Assembly: GCA_903920865.1 (NCBI GenBank)
Contig: CAIXNN010000056.1
Location: 1 to 62,333, forward strand
Direction: 5' to 3'
Length of the DNA stretch: 62,333 bases
Source: an uncultured Actinomycetes bacterium
GTDB lineage: Bacteria > Actinomycetota > Actinomycetes > UBA12327
The notes below the pieces were generated by a model, which saw only the letters and a list, made by a program, of their open reading frames with translations, searched no databases and was not told the origin of the DNA. The position numbers were made by a program, and so were the translations under genes. This document shows, in pieces, positions 1 through 10,865 of this stretch. Positions within the stretch are counted from its first letter, which is position 1. Each line of letters opens with the position of its first letter.

Positions 1-792
1 GCGGGCCAGCACCGAGCTTTGAGTGCGGTACCCATCGGATGCACCGGCTTGTTGCCCATTGGACTTCGCCAACAGCACGCCAGACACGCTCAGGGACTCT
101 TCGGTGATCGCCGACATATCGGCCAGCGAAACTTGCGTTGCAGCACTGACCCGACGGCGATACTTACCCACCACAGAGGTCAGCCAAATAAAGACCGGCA
201 AGATCACGATTGAGACGATCGTCAACTGCCACGAAAGAATGAGCATGGCAATCACGGTGGAAACTAAGACCACCACGTTGCTGACGTAGGTTGCAGCGGT
301 GTCGCTGACGACCGTTTGCAGGCCACCAACATCATTTTGTAGTCGTGACTGTATTTCTCCGGTACGGGTTCCGGTAAAGAATTTCAACGATAGCGATTGC
401 AGATGATCGAAAAGTTTGGTGCGCAGATCCCGAAGGACGGCTTGGCCAACGCCGGCGGTTAACCAGGTTTGCCACACTCCCAAGAGCGCCCCGATGACGG
501 TCAGTCCAACAAGTTCCCCGGCTAGTTTCCACAGCAACGGGATATTGGGTTCTCCACCCGGCGGGAATAGTGCATTGTCCGTGACATTGCGGATGATAAG
601 CGGGGTCAAAATGCTCAGGGCGCCGCTGACGATAACGATGACCGAAACTGTGCTCAGGGCGATTTTGTGGGGCTTGAAGAGCGTTAAAACGCGCGGGATG
701 GTGCCCGGCGGAAGTTTTGTGGCATCGGGAAGTGCGTCGGATCCGAGCATGGAACGCGGACCCCCATAGGCAGGTCGCGATGATTGACTCAT
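1..792 (-). CDS. ABC transporter, fused permease/ATPase type I exporter (MsbA/MdlB-like), N-terminal transmembrane part; gene runs off the left edge
   Basis: Absent from the ORF track because it leaves the window. Manual reverse translation from the ATG at 792-790 gives MSQSSRPAYGG...LFKPHKIALSTVSVIVIVSGALSILTPLIIRNVTD...LRDLRTKLFDHLQSLSLKFFTGTRTGEIQSRLQNDVGGLQ, a typical ABC exporter TMD signature. Confidence 0.8.
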   Translation of the reverse strand, partial: MSQSSRPAYGGPRSMLGSDALPDATKLPPGTIPRVLTLFKPHKIALSTVSVIVIVSGALSILTPLIIRNVTDNALFPPGGEPNIPLLWKLAGELVGLTVIGALLGVWQTWLTAGVGQAVLRDLRTKLFDHLQSLSLKFFTGTRTGEIQSRLQNDVGGLQTVVSDTAATYVSNVVVLVSTVIAMLILSWQLTIVSIVILPVFIWLTSVVGKYRRRVSAATQVSLADMSAITEESLSVSGVLLAKSNGQQAGASDGYRTQSSVLAR

Positions 793-868
793 GCCACTAG
801 CGTATGCCTGTACCTGAACTTGTGCACAGTTAGGCGCTACCGTCAGTCATTCCTTAAATGTCAGGAGC

Positions 869-1762
869 ATGTTCGTGACGAATCGTCAGCCACTGGACTT
901 CAGCGATCCCAGAGACAACGTGTATGCCTTCGCCAAGATGTGGGGCAGCTTCGCACCCGAGCCACATATCGCGACCTTCCACGGCACGATGTTTGCCTCA
1001 ATTGGAACGAATCGCCTCTTGCCGCTGTTTGGTTTTGCTGGCACCGGTGTGACCAAGGTCAAGTTGCTCGACAACGGCCATGTCTTGATGCGCGGTAAGG
1101 AGACCGGATTCTTCACTGACCTTGAAACCGGTGTTCCGATGAAGACCTGGGACAACCCGTTCACGGGCGAAACTGTAGAAGTGTACGAATTCTTCAATGA
1201 CAAAATTGGTGGCGAGCTCACTCTTGAACTTCCCAAGTTGTACTTAGGGGATAACCCCGATGCTGCCGTGCACATGAACTTTCGTCCGGAAAATGAGGAG
1301 CCTGAAACTGTTCCGCACATCTTGCCGTGGGAGGTTTATGGCGACGAGGTTCTGCTGGAGTGGGATTACACGCATTCTTATACCAATCCGGTAACCCCCA
1401 CTGCATGGCCCAAGTCCTCAACTGGTCCTTGGATTAACCCCAGTGAGCACTTCACAATTTTCACTTCGCTGGCCGAACTTGAAGATCGTGATCTTCAATC
1501 AGCGCACTTTCGAGCCGGCTTTTCTCGGCTCTCCCCGTGGTGGCCATGGATGCGCATGGGTGGCAGCGGCGTGGATGGCGTTTTGTTTGGTCGGATGTTC
1601 TCGCGCACAACTCATCGTGGAATTGACGATGTTCCCCGGCCGATCGTTGATCGCATCATGGAACGTGATCCCTCGTACTTAGAGCTTCCCGAAGATTGGA
1701 ACGTTGGACAGATCCTGTCCACCTGGGAGGCCTACGCCCGCGACGTGCCGCCAGAGGCCTAA
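869..1762 (+). CDS. Conserved hypothetical protein, DUF1838-like
   Basis: 297-aa ORF with non-repetitive composition. The family assignment is from memory of DUF1838-type sequences (LDFSDP..N...AKM.G) and is unverified. Confidence 0.55.
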   Translation: MFVTNRQPLDFSDPRDNVYAFAKMWGSFAPEPHIATFHGTMFASIGTNRLLPLFGFAGTGVTKVKLLDNGHVLMRGKETGFFTDLETGVPMKTWDNPFTGETVEVYEFFNDKIGGELTLELPKLYLGDNPDAAVHMNFRPENEEPETVPHILPWEVYGDEVLLEWDYTHSYTNPVTPTAWPKSSTGPWINPSEHFTIFTSLAELEDRDLQSAHFRAGFSRLSPWWPWMRMGGSGVDGVLFGRMFSRTTHRGIDDVPRPIVDRIMERDPSYLELPEDWNVGQILSTWEAYARDVPPEA

Positions 1763-2307
1763 ACGCTGGCTTGACGCTTTTTCGCCTGCTCTGGGTCACG
1801 ATCCCAGAATTGGCGAGCAGCGTATCCATCACGTCGCAAGAAGTGCTCGGTGAGCGAAATGCGATCGGGGCGAAGGCGCAGCAACATGCCGTTCGGCACG
1901 GTGTCTGATGGGCGGCCGACTTCCCAATTGGATGCTGGGTACTTAAACACAGTCATCCCGTGTTCCCAATCGGGTGTTCCGGGCTCGAGCAGTTCACCCT
2001 TGCCAAACATTTGAATTCCAAATGCGCTGGCCCAGCCAGCCATCGGGTTTGCTACCGCAAAGGACATTCGTGAGTCCCTCTGCAGCGCCTTGATCTTGGG
2101 GCTATTGGGTTGCGGGTAGACGTAGATGTCCAATTCCTCGGAGTAGAACTCCACGGGACTGCAGATCGGACCGTTCTTGCCGTTCGTGGCCATGTAGCCG
2201 ATGTTGGTCAACGTCAGCACGCGCTCAATGCGAGCTTCAAGTTGCTCACGGGGAAGTTGTTCGGTCGGGCGATTTTCTAAATCAAGCCACTTGTGAGCCC
2301 TACTCAT
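1759..2307 (-). CDS. Pyridoxamine 5'-phosphate oxidase family (FMN-binding split-barrel) protein
   Basis: 182-aa ORF with the pattern typical of actinobacterial PNPOx-like proteins (GYMATNGKNGPICSPVEFY..., LRLRPDRISL). Convergent 4-nt overlap with the upstream ORF. Confidence 0.6.
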   Translation of the reverse strand: MSRAHKWLDLENRPTEQLPREQLEARIERVLTLTNIGYMATNGKNGPICSPVEFYSEELDIYVYPQPNSPKIKALQRDSRMSFAVANPMAGWASAFGIQMFGKGELLEPGTPDWEHGMTVFKYPASNWEVGRPSDTVPNGMLLRLRPDRISLTEHFLRRDGYAARQFWDRDPEQAKKRQASV

Positions 2308-2408
2308 GGTTATCCCTTTCAGGTCTGGGACTTTTGTCGGCAGAAAAGGTGGTCCGGTCGGTGCTTGTGCACTCGATCCAAAGGCAGATTAGACCTTAAG
2401 CAGAACTT

Positions 2409-2936
2409 TTACTTGCTGGAAGGCTCAACCAGTGGAAGTAAGCCGGATAAGTCAGCGCGCTCACCGCTGATGATGACCAGATGTGTGGCGACTGCATCGG
2501 CCCAGGCCACCCGTGAGGTAGCGAGGCGAATCCAGGTCAGCGCGTCTGTTTCCACTGTGTTGGGTGGGGTGCCCCGAGTGTGCGTGGGGCCTTGGATGCA
2601 TTGGATCGCGGCAAAGGGAGGTACCCGAACTTCGACCGCCTGGCCCGGGGACTTCTCGTTAAGCCGATCAAGAAAAACTTGAACCACAATTCGCTGTGCT
2701 TGAGGCGGAATGATCGGACCAGCACCAGCGGCATGGGTCAGATCGGTGGCTAAGACGGTAAGTGCGATGAGCTGTTCGAGCGGTTCACGATCACTGAGGG
2801 TTTGAAGCTGCTGATCAAGCAATTCATGGGAAGTGCGTTTGTCGTCGCTGTGATCGGCAAGCCAGACTCGAAGATTGGTTTTGAGCTGCGCAAGAGCATT
2901 AGCAATGCCGTGATCGTGGTACCGGCGCGGTGGCAT
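2409..2936 (-). CDS. Sterol-carrier/MDMPI_C-like family protein
   Basis: 175-aa ORF immediately upstream of purL. The motif VEVRVPPFAAIQCIQGPTHTRGTPPNTVETD resembles actinobacterial 'sterol carrier family protein' annotations (from memory). Confidence 0.5.
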   Translation of the reverse strand: MPPRRYHDHGIANALAQLKTNLRVWLADHSDDKRTSHELLDQQLQTLSDREPLEQLIALTVLATDLTHAAGAGPIIPPQAQRIVVQVFLDRLNEKSPGQAVEVRVPPFAAIQCIQGPTHTRGTPPNTVETDALTWIRLATSRVAWADAVATHLVIISGERADLSGLLPLVEPSSK

Positions 2937-2938
2937 TG

Positions 2939-5194
2939 TTAGTGGTCAAACAATGCAGGAAGAGTTGCCGTGTGGACTTCACGGAGCTGGTCGACCGCAA
3001 TGCTGAACGTGACCTCTGGTGCGTTTACAACAAAGGATGTTCCGCCTGAGGTTCCAATGACTTCTGCGGGTACTTCATGCTGCAAAGCCAAAGCCAGTAG
3101 CTCGGCTGCTTGTTCTGCCGTCAGGGCAACGACCGCACGAGCCACTGACTCACTCCATAGTTGCGTGAAGGCATCGCCAGTTAAGTTCAATGTCGCGCCG
3201 CGGTTTCCGCGTAGGCACATTTCCACCACGGCTTGAGCCAAACCGCCATCAGAGATGTCGTGGGCCGCACTTACCAGGCCTTGATTGGCAGCCGTGATGA
3301 GAACTTCTGCCAGGTTGGCCTCGGCTTCAAGGTCTGGCTGTGGTGGTTGCCCACCCAGGTGAGCATGGACAACGTGGGCCCATTCCGAGCCGTCAAATTC
3401 AGCCTTGGTTTCACCTAACACAATCAGAGTCAAACCATCTGCGGGTAAAGCGTGCGACAGATGTGTGTGAACGTCATCGATCACACCGAGGACTCCAACA
3501 ACGGGAGTGGGCAAGATGGCTGTTTCGCCGGTTTGGTTGTAGAAGCTGACGTTGCCACCGGTTACCGGAACGCCCAAAGTTAAGCAGGCATCGGCAAGGC
3601 CGGTAACGGCCTCAGAGAACTGCCACATCACTGATGGGTCTTCAGGTGAACCAAAGTTCAAACAGTTGGTTACCGCGATTGGTCGCGCACCCGTTGCTGC
3701 GACGTTGCGGTACGCCTCACTCAGGGCCAACTGTGCACCTAGGTAGGGGTTCAACATGGTGAAGCGTGCGTTGCAGTCAGTAGAAATTGCCACACCACGT
3801 GAGGTGGAGTCGTCAAGGCGCACCATTCCGGCATCCTCGGGTGTTGCCGATGCTGTGTTACCCAAGACGTAGCGGTCATATTGCGATGTGATCCAACTCT
3901 TGTCGGCCAAGTTCGGCGATCCAACCAGCGTCAACACCGTGTGAACAAATTCTTCTGCTGACTGTGGTCGCTGGAGCGAAGTAGCTGTGTTGGCGGCCAG
4001 GAGATCTTGACTAGCGGGCTTTGCGAAGGGTCGGTTATAGACCGGTCCTTCGTGAGCAACGGTGCGCGGTGGCACATCCACGATTTGTTCGCCTTGCCAT
4101 TCAATGGTCAACCGACCGCTGGAGTTCACTGTGCCAATCACGACAGCATCAACATCCCACTTGCCACAGATTTCCATGAAGCGATCAAGGTGGGCCGGTT
4201 CCACGATCGCGCACATGCGTTCTTGAGATTCGCTCATCAAGATTTCTTCAGGGCTTAGTGTGGCATCGCGCAATGGCACTGAATCCAAGATCACGTGCAT
4301 GCCGCCATCACCGTTGCTGGCAAGCTCAGAGGTGGCACAAGAAATTCCGGCACCACCAAGGTCTTGGATCCCTACGATGATGTTTTCAGCAAAGATTTCT
4401 AAACAGCACTCAATCAAAACTTTTTCAGTGAATGGGTCGCCGACCTGCACGCTGGGGCGTTTAGCAGGCCCGTCGGCATCAAAGGTTTCAGAGGCAAGGA
4501 CCGAGACGCCACCGATTCCGTCCCCACCTGTCTTTGCACCAAAGAGCACGACAAGGTTGCCGGTACCTGAAGCAGTGGCTAGCAGGATGTCTTCGTGTTT
4601 CATAACCCCAACGCACAAGGCATTAACTAGCGGGTTACCTAGGTAGCTTTGATCAAAAACAACTTCGCCACCGATATTGGGCAGTCCTAGACAATTCCCG
4701 TAACCACCAATTCCAGCCACGATGCCAGGGAGCACTCGTTGGGTATCGGGTGCATCAGCTGGTCCAAAGCGAAGGGGATCCATGACGGCGATGGGGCGAG
4801 CCCCCATAGTCAAGATGTCGCGAACGATGCCACCAATTCCGGTGGCGGCACCTTGGTAGGGCTCGACGTAGGACGGGTGATTATGTGATTCCACTTTGAA
4901 GGTGACGGCGTAGCCATCGCCGACATCAACCACGCCGGCGTTCTCACCCATTCCCACGAGCAGCACGTCAGTCTTTGGAACCTTGTCACCAAATTGGCGT
5001 AGGTGAACCTTGCTGGACTTATAGGAGCAGTGCTCGCTCCACATCACTGAATACATGGCAAGTTCGGCACTGGTGGGGCGGCGGCCGAGAATTTCCTTAA
5101 TGCGGGCGTATTCGTCAGCCTTCAAGCCAAGTTCGGACCAGGGTTGCTGCGCATCTGGGGTGTCCGCTGCTTGTGCTGTGGTGTCGATACTCAT
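2939..5194 (-). CDS. purL: Phosphoribosylformylglycinamidine synthase subunit PurL
   Basis: 751 aa with motifs [10 protein letters not shown] and VESHNHPS. 4-nt overlap with the purQ stop. Confidence 0.95.
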   Translation of the reverse strand: MSIDTTAQAADTPDAQQPWSELGLKADEYARIKEILGRRPTSAELAMYSVMWSEHCSYKSSKVHLRQFGDKVPKTDVLLVGMGENAGVVDVGDGYAVTFKVESHNHPSYVEPYQGAATGIGGIVRDILTMGARPIAVMDPLRFGPADAPDTQRVLPGIVAGIGGYGNCLGLPNIGGEVVFDQSYLGNPLVNALCVGVMKHEDILLATASGTGNLVVLFGAKTGGDGIGGVSVLASETFDADGPAKRPSVQVGDPFTEKVLIECCLEIFAENIIVGIQDLGGAGISCATSELASNGDGGMHVILDSVPLRDATLSPEEILMSESQERMCAIVEPAHLDRFMEICGKWDVDAVVIGTVNSSGRLTIEWQGEQIVDVPPRTVAHEGPVYNRPFAKPASQDLLAANTATSLQRPQSAEEFVHTVLTLVGSPNLADKSWITSQYDRYVLGNTASATPEDAGMVRLDDSTSRGVAISTDCNARFTMLNPYLGAQLALSEAYRNVAATGARPIAVTNCLNFGSPEDPSVMWQFSEAVTGLADACLTLGVPVTGGNVSFYNQTGETAILPTPVVGVLGVIDDVHTHLSHALPADGLTLIVLGETKAEFDGSEWAHVVHAHLGGQPPQPDLEAEANLAEVLITAANQGLVSAAHDISDGGLAQAVVEMCLRGNRGATLNLTGDAFTQLWSESVARAVVALTAEQAAELLALALQHEVPAEVIGTSGGTSFVVNAPEVTFSIAVDQLREVHTATLPALFDH

Positions 5195-5871
5195 GAGGCA
5201 TTGACCAGTGTGGAAAGTACGGATGTGAAGAAGGCCAATCCATCAAGGCTTGGCCCAAACCCAGCTTCGACAGCATGTTCGGGGTGCGGCATGAGCCCCA
5301 CGACGTTTCCTGCTTCGTTCGTGATGCCAGCAATGTCTCGTCGTGAACCATTTGGATTGACATCGACGTAGCGAGCGATGATGCGCCCGGTTGCTTCAAG
5401 TTCATCAAGGGTCCGCTCATCGGCGATGTAGGAACCCTCCCCATTTTTCAATGGGATGACGATTTCCTGGTTGGTGTCAAAACCAGAGGTAAAAGCAGAC
5501 GTGGTGTTCTCGATACGAAGTTTCTGATCACGGCAAATAAAGTGCAGGTGATCATTACGCGTCAGGGCCCCTGGCAGTAAGTGCGATTCGCACAGCACTT
5601 GAAAGCCGTTACAAATACCAAAAACCGGCATCCCCGACTTGGCCGCATCGATGACCGAGCTCATGATCGGTGAAAAACGTGCGATGGCCCCAGCTCGGAG
5701 GTAGTCGCCGTAGGAAAACCCACCAGGTAGGACGACGGCGTCAATTCCTGACAGGTTTGTGGTGCCATGCCACAGTGCGACAGGTTCGCCACCGGCGATG
5801 GCGATGGCCCGCTGTGCGTCACGGTCGTCAAGGGAGCCTGGAAAAGTGACAACCCCGATGCGTGAGCTCAT
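5191..5871 (-). CDS. purQ: Phosphoribosylformylglycinamidine synthase glutaminase subunit PurQ
   Basis: 226 aa with GFSYGDY, GICNGFQ (Cys nucleophile) and MPHPE. Confidence 0.95.
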   Translation of the reverse strand: MSSRIGVVTFPGSLDDRDAQRAIAIAGGEPVALWHGTTNLSGIDAVVLPGGFSYGDYLRAGAIARFSPIMSSVIDAAKSGMPVFGICNGFQVLCESHLLPGALTRNDHLHFICRDQKLRIENTTSAFTSGFDTNQEIVIPLKNGEGSYIADERTLDELEATGRIIARYVDVNPNGSRRDIAGITNEAGNVVGLMPHPEHAVEAGFGPSLDGLAFFTSVLSTLVNAS

Positions 5872-5873
5872 AC

Positions 5874-6128
5874 CTAGTTGTCCTCCACCCGCACGGTGAA
5901 GTCTTCAATGACAGTATTTGCCAGCAGCGATTGGGCAAGTTCGCGAATGCGCGCGAGGGCCGCATCATCAACGGGGCCGTCAATCTCAAGTTCAAAACGC
6001 TTACCTTGTCGCACGCTGGCGATCGTGGAATATCCCAGTCGTTGGGCTGCGCGTTCTACTGCTTTACCTTGAGGGTCAAGGATTTCCGACTTCAGCATGA
6101 CGTCGACGACGACGCGGGCCACTGGCAC
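5874..6128 (-). CDS. purS: Phosphoribosylformylglycinamidine synthase subunit PurS
   Basis: 84 aa, [21 protein letters not shown]..., located directly upstream of purQ. Confidence 0.9.
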   Translation of the reverse strand: MPVARVVVDVMLKSEILDPQGKAVERAAQRLGYSTIASVRQGKRFELEIDGPVDDAALARIRELAQSLLANTVIEDFTVRVEDN

Positions 6129-6161
6129 TCCTGAACTTGCAGGGACGATTGTTTGCTCAGT

Positions 6162-7130
6162 CTATCGGGGTGGGAATGCTTGCCATGCTGACCACGCGCT
6201 GGCCACCATGTCGGTCAAGTCACGATGCGCACTAAAGCGCAGTTCAGTGTCAATGCGCCCAACGGCGGCCACCAGGGATGCGGGATCGCCGGCACGGGCT
6301 GGGGCAATCTGATGGTCGAAGGAACGACCAAGGACTGCTCTGACAGCGTCAAGAACCTCTAGGACACTAAATCCCAGTCCGCGCCCGACGTTAAACACGC
6401 TTGACCTGCTGCCACTTTCCACATGGGCCACAGCAGCCACATGAGCATCAGCCAGGTCTTGCACGTGGATGTAATCGCGCACACAGGTGCCATCAGGTGT
6501 GGGGTAGCTATCTCCGAATACTTGAGGGGCTTGACCTTGATCCAAGGCTCGCAGGACCATCGGAATCAGGTTGAACACCCCTGTGTCACCGAGATCATCG
6601 GCACCGGCACCGGCCACGTTGAAGTAGCGCAAGGCGGTCCAGGACAAGTCATAGCCGGAGTTGACTAAATCAGCCAGTAACCACTCTTGGGCTAGTTTGG
6701 TTTGTCCGTAGGGATTAACCGGTAGCGGCGTGGTGTCTTCGCTGACACGTTGCCCATCAGGAGAGCCATAGATCGCCGCACTTGAACTTAAGACAAAGTG
6801 GTGAATCTGCGCTGCCTTGACAGCATCGAGCAGGGACATCATGCCGAGAACATTTTGTTCGAAGTACAGGTGCGGGTTGTGCACTGATTCCTCAACCGAT
6901 TTTTTCGCGGCTAGGTGCACAACTCCATCGATCAAGCCAGTGCGAAGGGCTGAGGTGACAGCATCGGTATCGAGGATTGAGGCTTGGATAAAGGGGACAC
7001 CTTCTGAAACCTTTCGGCGCAAGCCCGTTGAAAGATCATCTAGGACAACCACATCGTGGCCAGCGGTGTTCAGGGCCCGAACAATGTGGGCACCGATGTA
7101 ACCGGCTCCACCGGTAACTAACCACTTCAT
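6162..7130 (-). CDS. galE: UDP-glucose 4-epimerase
   Basis: 322 aa with the GGAGYIG Rossmann motif, YGQTK (YxxxK) and SDR-extended architecture. Confidence 0.85.
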   Translation of the reverse strand: MKWLVTGGAGYIGAHIVRALNTAGHDVVVLDDLSTGLRRKVSEGVPFIQASILDTDAVTSALRTGLIDGVVHLAAKKSVEESVHNPHLYFEQNVLGMMSLLDAVKAAQIHHFVLSSSAAIYGSPDGQRVSEDTTPLPVNPYGQTKLAQEWLLADLVNSGYDLSWTALRYFNVAGAGADDLGDTGVFNLIPMVLRALDQGQAPQVFGDSYPTPDGTCVRDYIHVQDLADAHVAAVAHVESGSRSSVFNVGRGLGFSVLEVLDAVRAVLGRSFDHQIAPARAGDPASLVAAVGRIDTELRFSAHRDLTDMVASAWSAWQAFPPR

Positions 7131-8029
7131 GCCAAGTCACCGCCGGTGAGAAGTTGGAATGCTTCAAGGTACTTAGCCCGAGTTGCTTGCACAATCTCGG
7201 CCGGAAGTGCCGGTGGTGGGGTCGCAGATGTGCGATCCCAACCAGATTCAGGTGAGGTCAACCAATCCCGAACGAATTGTTTGTCATAGGACGGTTGAGC
7301 AGAGCCTGGCTTCCAGCCAGTAGCCGGCCAAAAGCGTGAAGAATCCGGTGTAAGGACTTCATCACCCAGAACAATGATCCCAGCCGCGTTTCGCCCAAAT
7401 TCAAACTTGGTATCTGCCAACAAGATTCCGCGCTCGGCGGCGATAGTTTCAGCTCTTTGATAAACCGACAGAGTGAGGCGAGCCAGTTCATCAGCATCGG
7501 CTTGCCCAATGGCTGCCACTACGTGGGCAAAATCAACATTTTCATCGTGATCACCAAGTTCTGCTTTGGTGGCAGGAGTAAAGATCGGCTTGTCTAGCTT
7601 ACTTCCATCAAGCAAACCGGCGGGAAGTTTAACGCCGCACACAGTTGACGATTGGTTGTATTCGATGAGACCACTACCGGTCAAATATCCCCGCGCCACA
7701 CACTCAATAGGAAACATCTCCAGTCGTTGGCAAATCATTGCCCTGCCCGCCACCGCTTGGGGAACGTCGGTAGAGAGCACATGATGAGGAACCAGGTCTT
7801 TGAGTTGGTCAAACCACCAAAGCGAGAGGCTGGTAAGAATTCGACCTTTGTCAGGAATCGGCGTTGAAAGCACCCAGTCGTAGGCAGAAATGCGATCGCT
7901 GGCCACTACCAAGAGGTTGCCATCGGCGGCTTCATACAGTGAGCGAACTTTGCCTTGGTGCAGAAAACCGAATCCGGCAGCTAGCAGTTCATCGTGGGCT
8001 GGATCTGGCGGTAAAAGCGTTGTGGTCAC
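7127..8029 (-). CDS. purC: Phosphoribosylaminoimidazole-succinocarboxamide (SAICAR) synthase
   Basis: 300 aa, long-form PurC (GKVRSLYE, ISAYDWV, LADTKFEFG). Confidence 0.92.
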   Translation of the reverse strand: MTTTLLPPDPAHDELLAAGFGFLHQGKVRSLYEAADGNLLVVASDRISAYDWVLSTPIPDKGRILTSLSLWWFDQLKDLVPHHVLSTDVPQAVAGRAMICQRLEMFPIECVARGYLTGSGLIEYNQSSTVCGVKLPAGLLDGSKLDKPIFTPATKAELGDHDENVDFAHVVAAIGQADADELARLTLSVYQRAETIAAERGILLADTKFEFGRNAAGIIVLGDEVLTPDSSRFWPATGWKPGSAQPSYDKQFVRDWLTSPESGWDRTSATPPPALPAEIVQATRAKYLEAFQLLTGGDLA

Positions 8030-9450
8030 AAGATCTCGCCGGGTGAGTAACGGGCAGCTTCGGGGTAGGTGGCTAAGACTTGGCTAATGCGGGCAACAAC
8101 TGCATTGACTTGAGCTTGGGCTGCACCGGTGAATGTCAATGGTTCAGCAACAAGGGCTTGGATGTCCTGGTGAGTCAGGGGCAAGCGCTCATCTTCTGCG
8201 AGCCTGTCAAAAAGGTCGTTGTCTGCGGAAGCCTTCTCGCGCATTTCCAGTGCGACTGCAACGGCGTGTTCTTTGATCACTTCGTGGGCAACTTCGCGAC
8301 CGACTCCAGCGCGAACACAGGCCATCAGAATCTTCGTCGTGGTTAAGAACGGCAAGTAGCGCGCGAGCTCACGTTCAATGACAGCTGGGAAGACACCAAA
8401 TTCGTCAAGCACTGTCAGGAATGTTTCAAACAAACCATCAATGGCGAAGAATGCATCAGGAAGGGCCACCCGCCGCACAACCGAACATGACACGTCACCT
8501 TCGTTCCATTGATCACCAGAAAGCTCAGTGGTCATGGAAAGGTATCCGCGAAGCACTACGGATAATCCGTTCACGCGTTCGCAAGAGCGGGTGTTCATTT
8601 TGTGTGGCATCGCGCTAGAGCCAACTTGACCAGCCTTGAAACCTTCGGTTACCAGTTCGTTGCCCGCCATCAGGCGAATGCTTGTAGCCAGATTGCTTGG
8701 CGCTGCGCTGGCTTGAACCAGTGAACTGACAACATCAAAATCCAGGGAGCGCGGGTAGACCTGACCCACAGAGTTCAGAACGTGTGAAAAACCAAGGTGG
8801 GTGGCGATGCGTTGTTCAAGTTCGGCCAATTTGCCTTCATCGCGATCAAGTAGGTCCAGCATGTCCTGTGAAGTGCCCACCGGTCCCTTAATGCCGCGCA
8901 GTGGGTAGCGCTCAAGCAATTCCTCAATACGCTGCAACGAAAAAAGAAGTTCGTCGGCGCAACTGGCGAATCGCTTACCCATGGTTGTGGCCTGAGCTGC
9001 CACATTGTGGCTTCGTCCCGTGACAACAAGGCTTTGGTATTCGCTGGCGCGTTGGCCTAAGCGGGCAAGAGTTGCAACGATGCGATCGCGGGTCAGGGTT
9101 AACGCTGATCGAATCTGCAGTTGTTCAACGTTTTCGGTCAGATCCCTAGAAGTCATTCCCTTGTGGATCTGCTCGTGGCCTGCAAGGGCGTTAAATTCTT
9201 CAATGCGAGCCTTGACATCGTGGCGAGTGACTCGTTCGCGGGCTGCAATCGAGTCCAAGTCAACCTGCTCGATGACTGCTCGATAGTCCGCGATTGCGCC
9301 GGCGTCAATCTCTATGCCCAGATCGCTTTGGGCCTGCAGTACTGCAATCCACAACTGGCGCTCAAGGATGATCTTTTGAGTTGGCGACCACAGATCTTCC
9401 ATGGCCTTGGATGCATACCGACTGGCCAGCACATTAGGAACTGCGGTCAT
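8026..9450 (-). CDS. purB: Adenylosuccinate lyase
   Basis: 474 aa with the fumarate-lyase signature GSSAMPHKMNTRS. Confidence 0.95.
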   Translation of the reverse strand: MTAVPNVLASRYASKAMEDLWSPTQKIILERQLWIAVLQAQSDLGIEIDAGAIADYRAVIEQVDLDSIAARERVTRHDVKARIEEFNALAGHEQIHKGMTSRDLTENVEQLQIRSALTLTRDRIVATLARLGQRASEYQSLVVTGRSHNVAAQATTMGKRFASCADELLFSLQRIEELLERYPLRGIKGPVGTSQDMLDLLDRDEGKLAELEQRIATHLGFSHVLNSVGQVYPRSLDFDVVSSLVQASAAPSNLATSIRLMAGNELVTEGFKAGQVGSSAMPHKMNTRSCERVNGLSVVLRGYLSMTTELSGDQWNEGDVSCSVVRRVALPDAFFAIDGLFETFLTVLDEFGVFPAVIERELARYLPFLTTTKILMACVRAGVGREVAHEVIKEHAVAVALEMREKASADNDLFDRLAEDERLPLTHQDIQALVAEPLTFTGAAQAQVNAVVARISQVLATYPEAARYSPGEIL

Positions 9451-9527
9451 AGGTCCATTCTCTCAGGTCGACGGTATGAAGTGTCGTTCTGTTGGGCGTG
9501 GACGCTGCCGTACTTGAAAACTAGCTC

Positions 9528-10061
9528 CTAGAACTTGGTAGCCCCAGCAGCAAGTGGATCGAATCCAGCAGGCCAAATCGTGGCATCGTTATAGGTGGTA
9601 CCGGTCAGGATGGCACCGGTCAGGATGGCACCGGTCAAATTGGCTCCACCCACGTTCGTTGCGGACAGATCGGCCCCTGACAGGTTCGCATTTGTCATAA
9701 CGGCTGAACCCAACTGGGCTCCGCGAATTTGCGCACCAGTTGCGTTGGCATTACTCAAATTGGCTTTGGTCAAAACCGTTTGCGTCAGGGTGGCACTGGT
9801 CAGGTTCGCCCCGGAAAGGTTCGCCGCTGCTAGTTGCTGTTGTGAAATATCCGACTTTGAAAGATCGCAGTTGCTGAGGTCTGCGTTGGCCTGCCAGCGG
9901 CCGCATCGCGTTCCGTCTTGCTTTTGACCGGTGTAGCTACTGGTTGACTGGCTTGCACTGGGGTTGGCCGAGTTCGAAGCCACAGGTGCTGGATTGGATT
10001 TCTTGGAACATCCAGTCAGGGCGAGCAGGGAAATCAAGGCGATGACAGCAACTTTTTTCAT
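9528..10061 (-). CDS. Pentapeptide-repeat lipoprotein
   Basis: Signal peptide plus lipobox (LLALTGC), followed by runs of A(N/D)LSGANLT-type pentapeptide repeats. Confidence 0.8.
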   Translation of the reverse strand: MKKVAVIALISLLALTGCSKKSNPAPVASNSANPSASQSTSSYTGQKQDGTRCGRWQANADLSNCDLSKSDISQQQLAAANLSGANLTSATLTQTVLTKANLSNANATGAQIRGAQLGSAVMTNANLSGADLSATNVGGANLTGAILTGAILTGTTYNDATIWPAGFDPLAAGATKF

Positions 10062-10130
10062 GCCTTAACGATAGAGGCTTGAGTTGATAACGGGTCAAGG
10101 GGATGCGAAATGAGCACATCAGTAGGGAAA

Positions 10131-10865
10131 TTAGGCAGGAACTTCCACGGTCAGGCTTTGGCCTAGGGCTAGAAGTTGTTCACCGGAGTTGGGCTTGATC
10201 ACTGTTGAGGGCTTGGCTCCCACCGATGTCATGACTAGGGCTGTTTGGCTCGTTGATGAGGTCTGAACAATGAGTCCGGATTGTTCGGGTAAGCCAAGAA
10301 CGGTGATAGCTGGACCAGCCCCCCCAACAGAATCCAGCCGGCCTAATCCACCAGCACTGAAGTGAGGCAAAACTAAGCAGCCGGGCACCAGGGCCAGGCC
10401 GGCGGCAAGTTTTCCACGATCTGGCAACCAGGTTTGTTCGCACAAAACCATCGCACCGGCACTTGCGCCCATCAGGATGCCCCCAGAGCCGTCAAGGAAT
10501 TCCTTGAGAAGTTGGTCAAGTTTGTGTTCGATAAGTGCGCTCAGTAGGCGCGATGGTGATCCACCCGGTAACACGATGATGCTTGCAGAACGCAGGGCAG
10601 CCTGTGCCCCGGCTTCGTCGCCTCGTGCATCAGGAGCGGCAATAACACTTGGCGCATCATCGTTGCCGTAAACCGATTTCACAATGGAGGAAAAGTGCCT
10701 GATTCCATTGTTGTTTGCGGTGTCGTATTCAAACCCTGAGGCGCCTGCAAGGGCAGTGACAACGATGTCTCCGGTGCGCCCGGCATTGCGCGCTGCTTCT
10801 ACGAGCAAGCGATCCATTGCGATGCAGTCGGCACCAAATTCAGCACCACCTTGTAAACAAATCAC
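10131..10865 (-). CDS. Peptidase S51 / type-1 glutamine-amidotransferase-like (cyanophycinase/peptidase E family) protein
   Basis: 244 aa with LPGGSPSRLL and a GASAGAMV nucleophile-elbow-like motif. Its start overlaps the purD stop by 4 nt. Confidence 0.6.
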   Translation of the reverse strand: MICLQGGAEFGADCIAMDRLLVEAARNAGRTGDIVVTALAGASGFEYDTANNNGIRHFSSIVKSVYGNDDAPSVIAAPDARGDEAGAQAALRSASIIVLPGGSPSRLLSALIEHKLDQLLKEFLDGSGGILMGASAGAMVLCEQTWLPDRGKLAAGLALVPGCLVLPHFSAGGLGRLDSVGGAGPAITVLGLPEQSGLIVQTSSTSQTALVMTSVGAKPSTVIKPNSGEQLLALGQSLTVEVPA

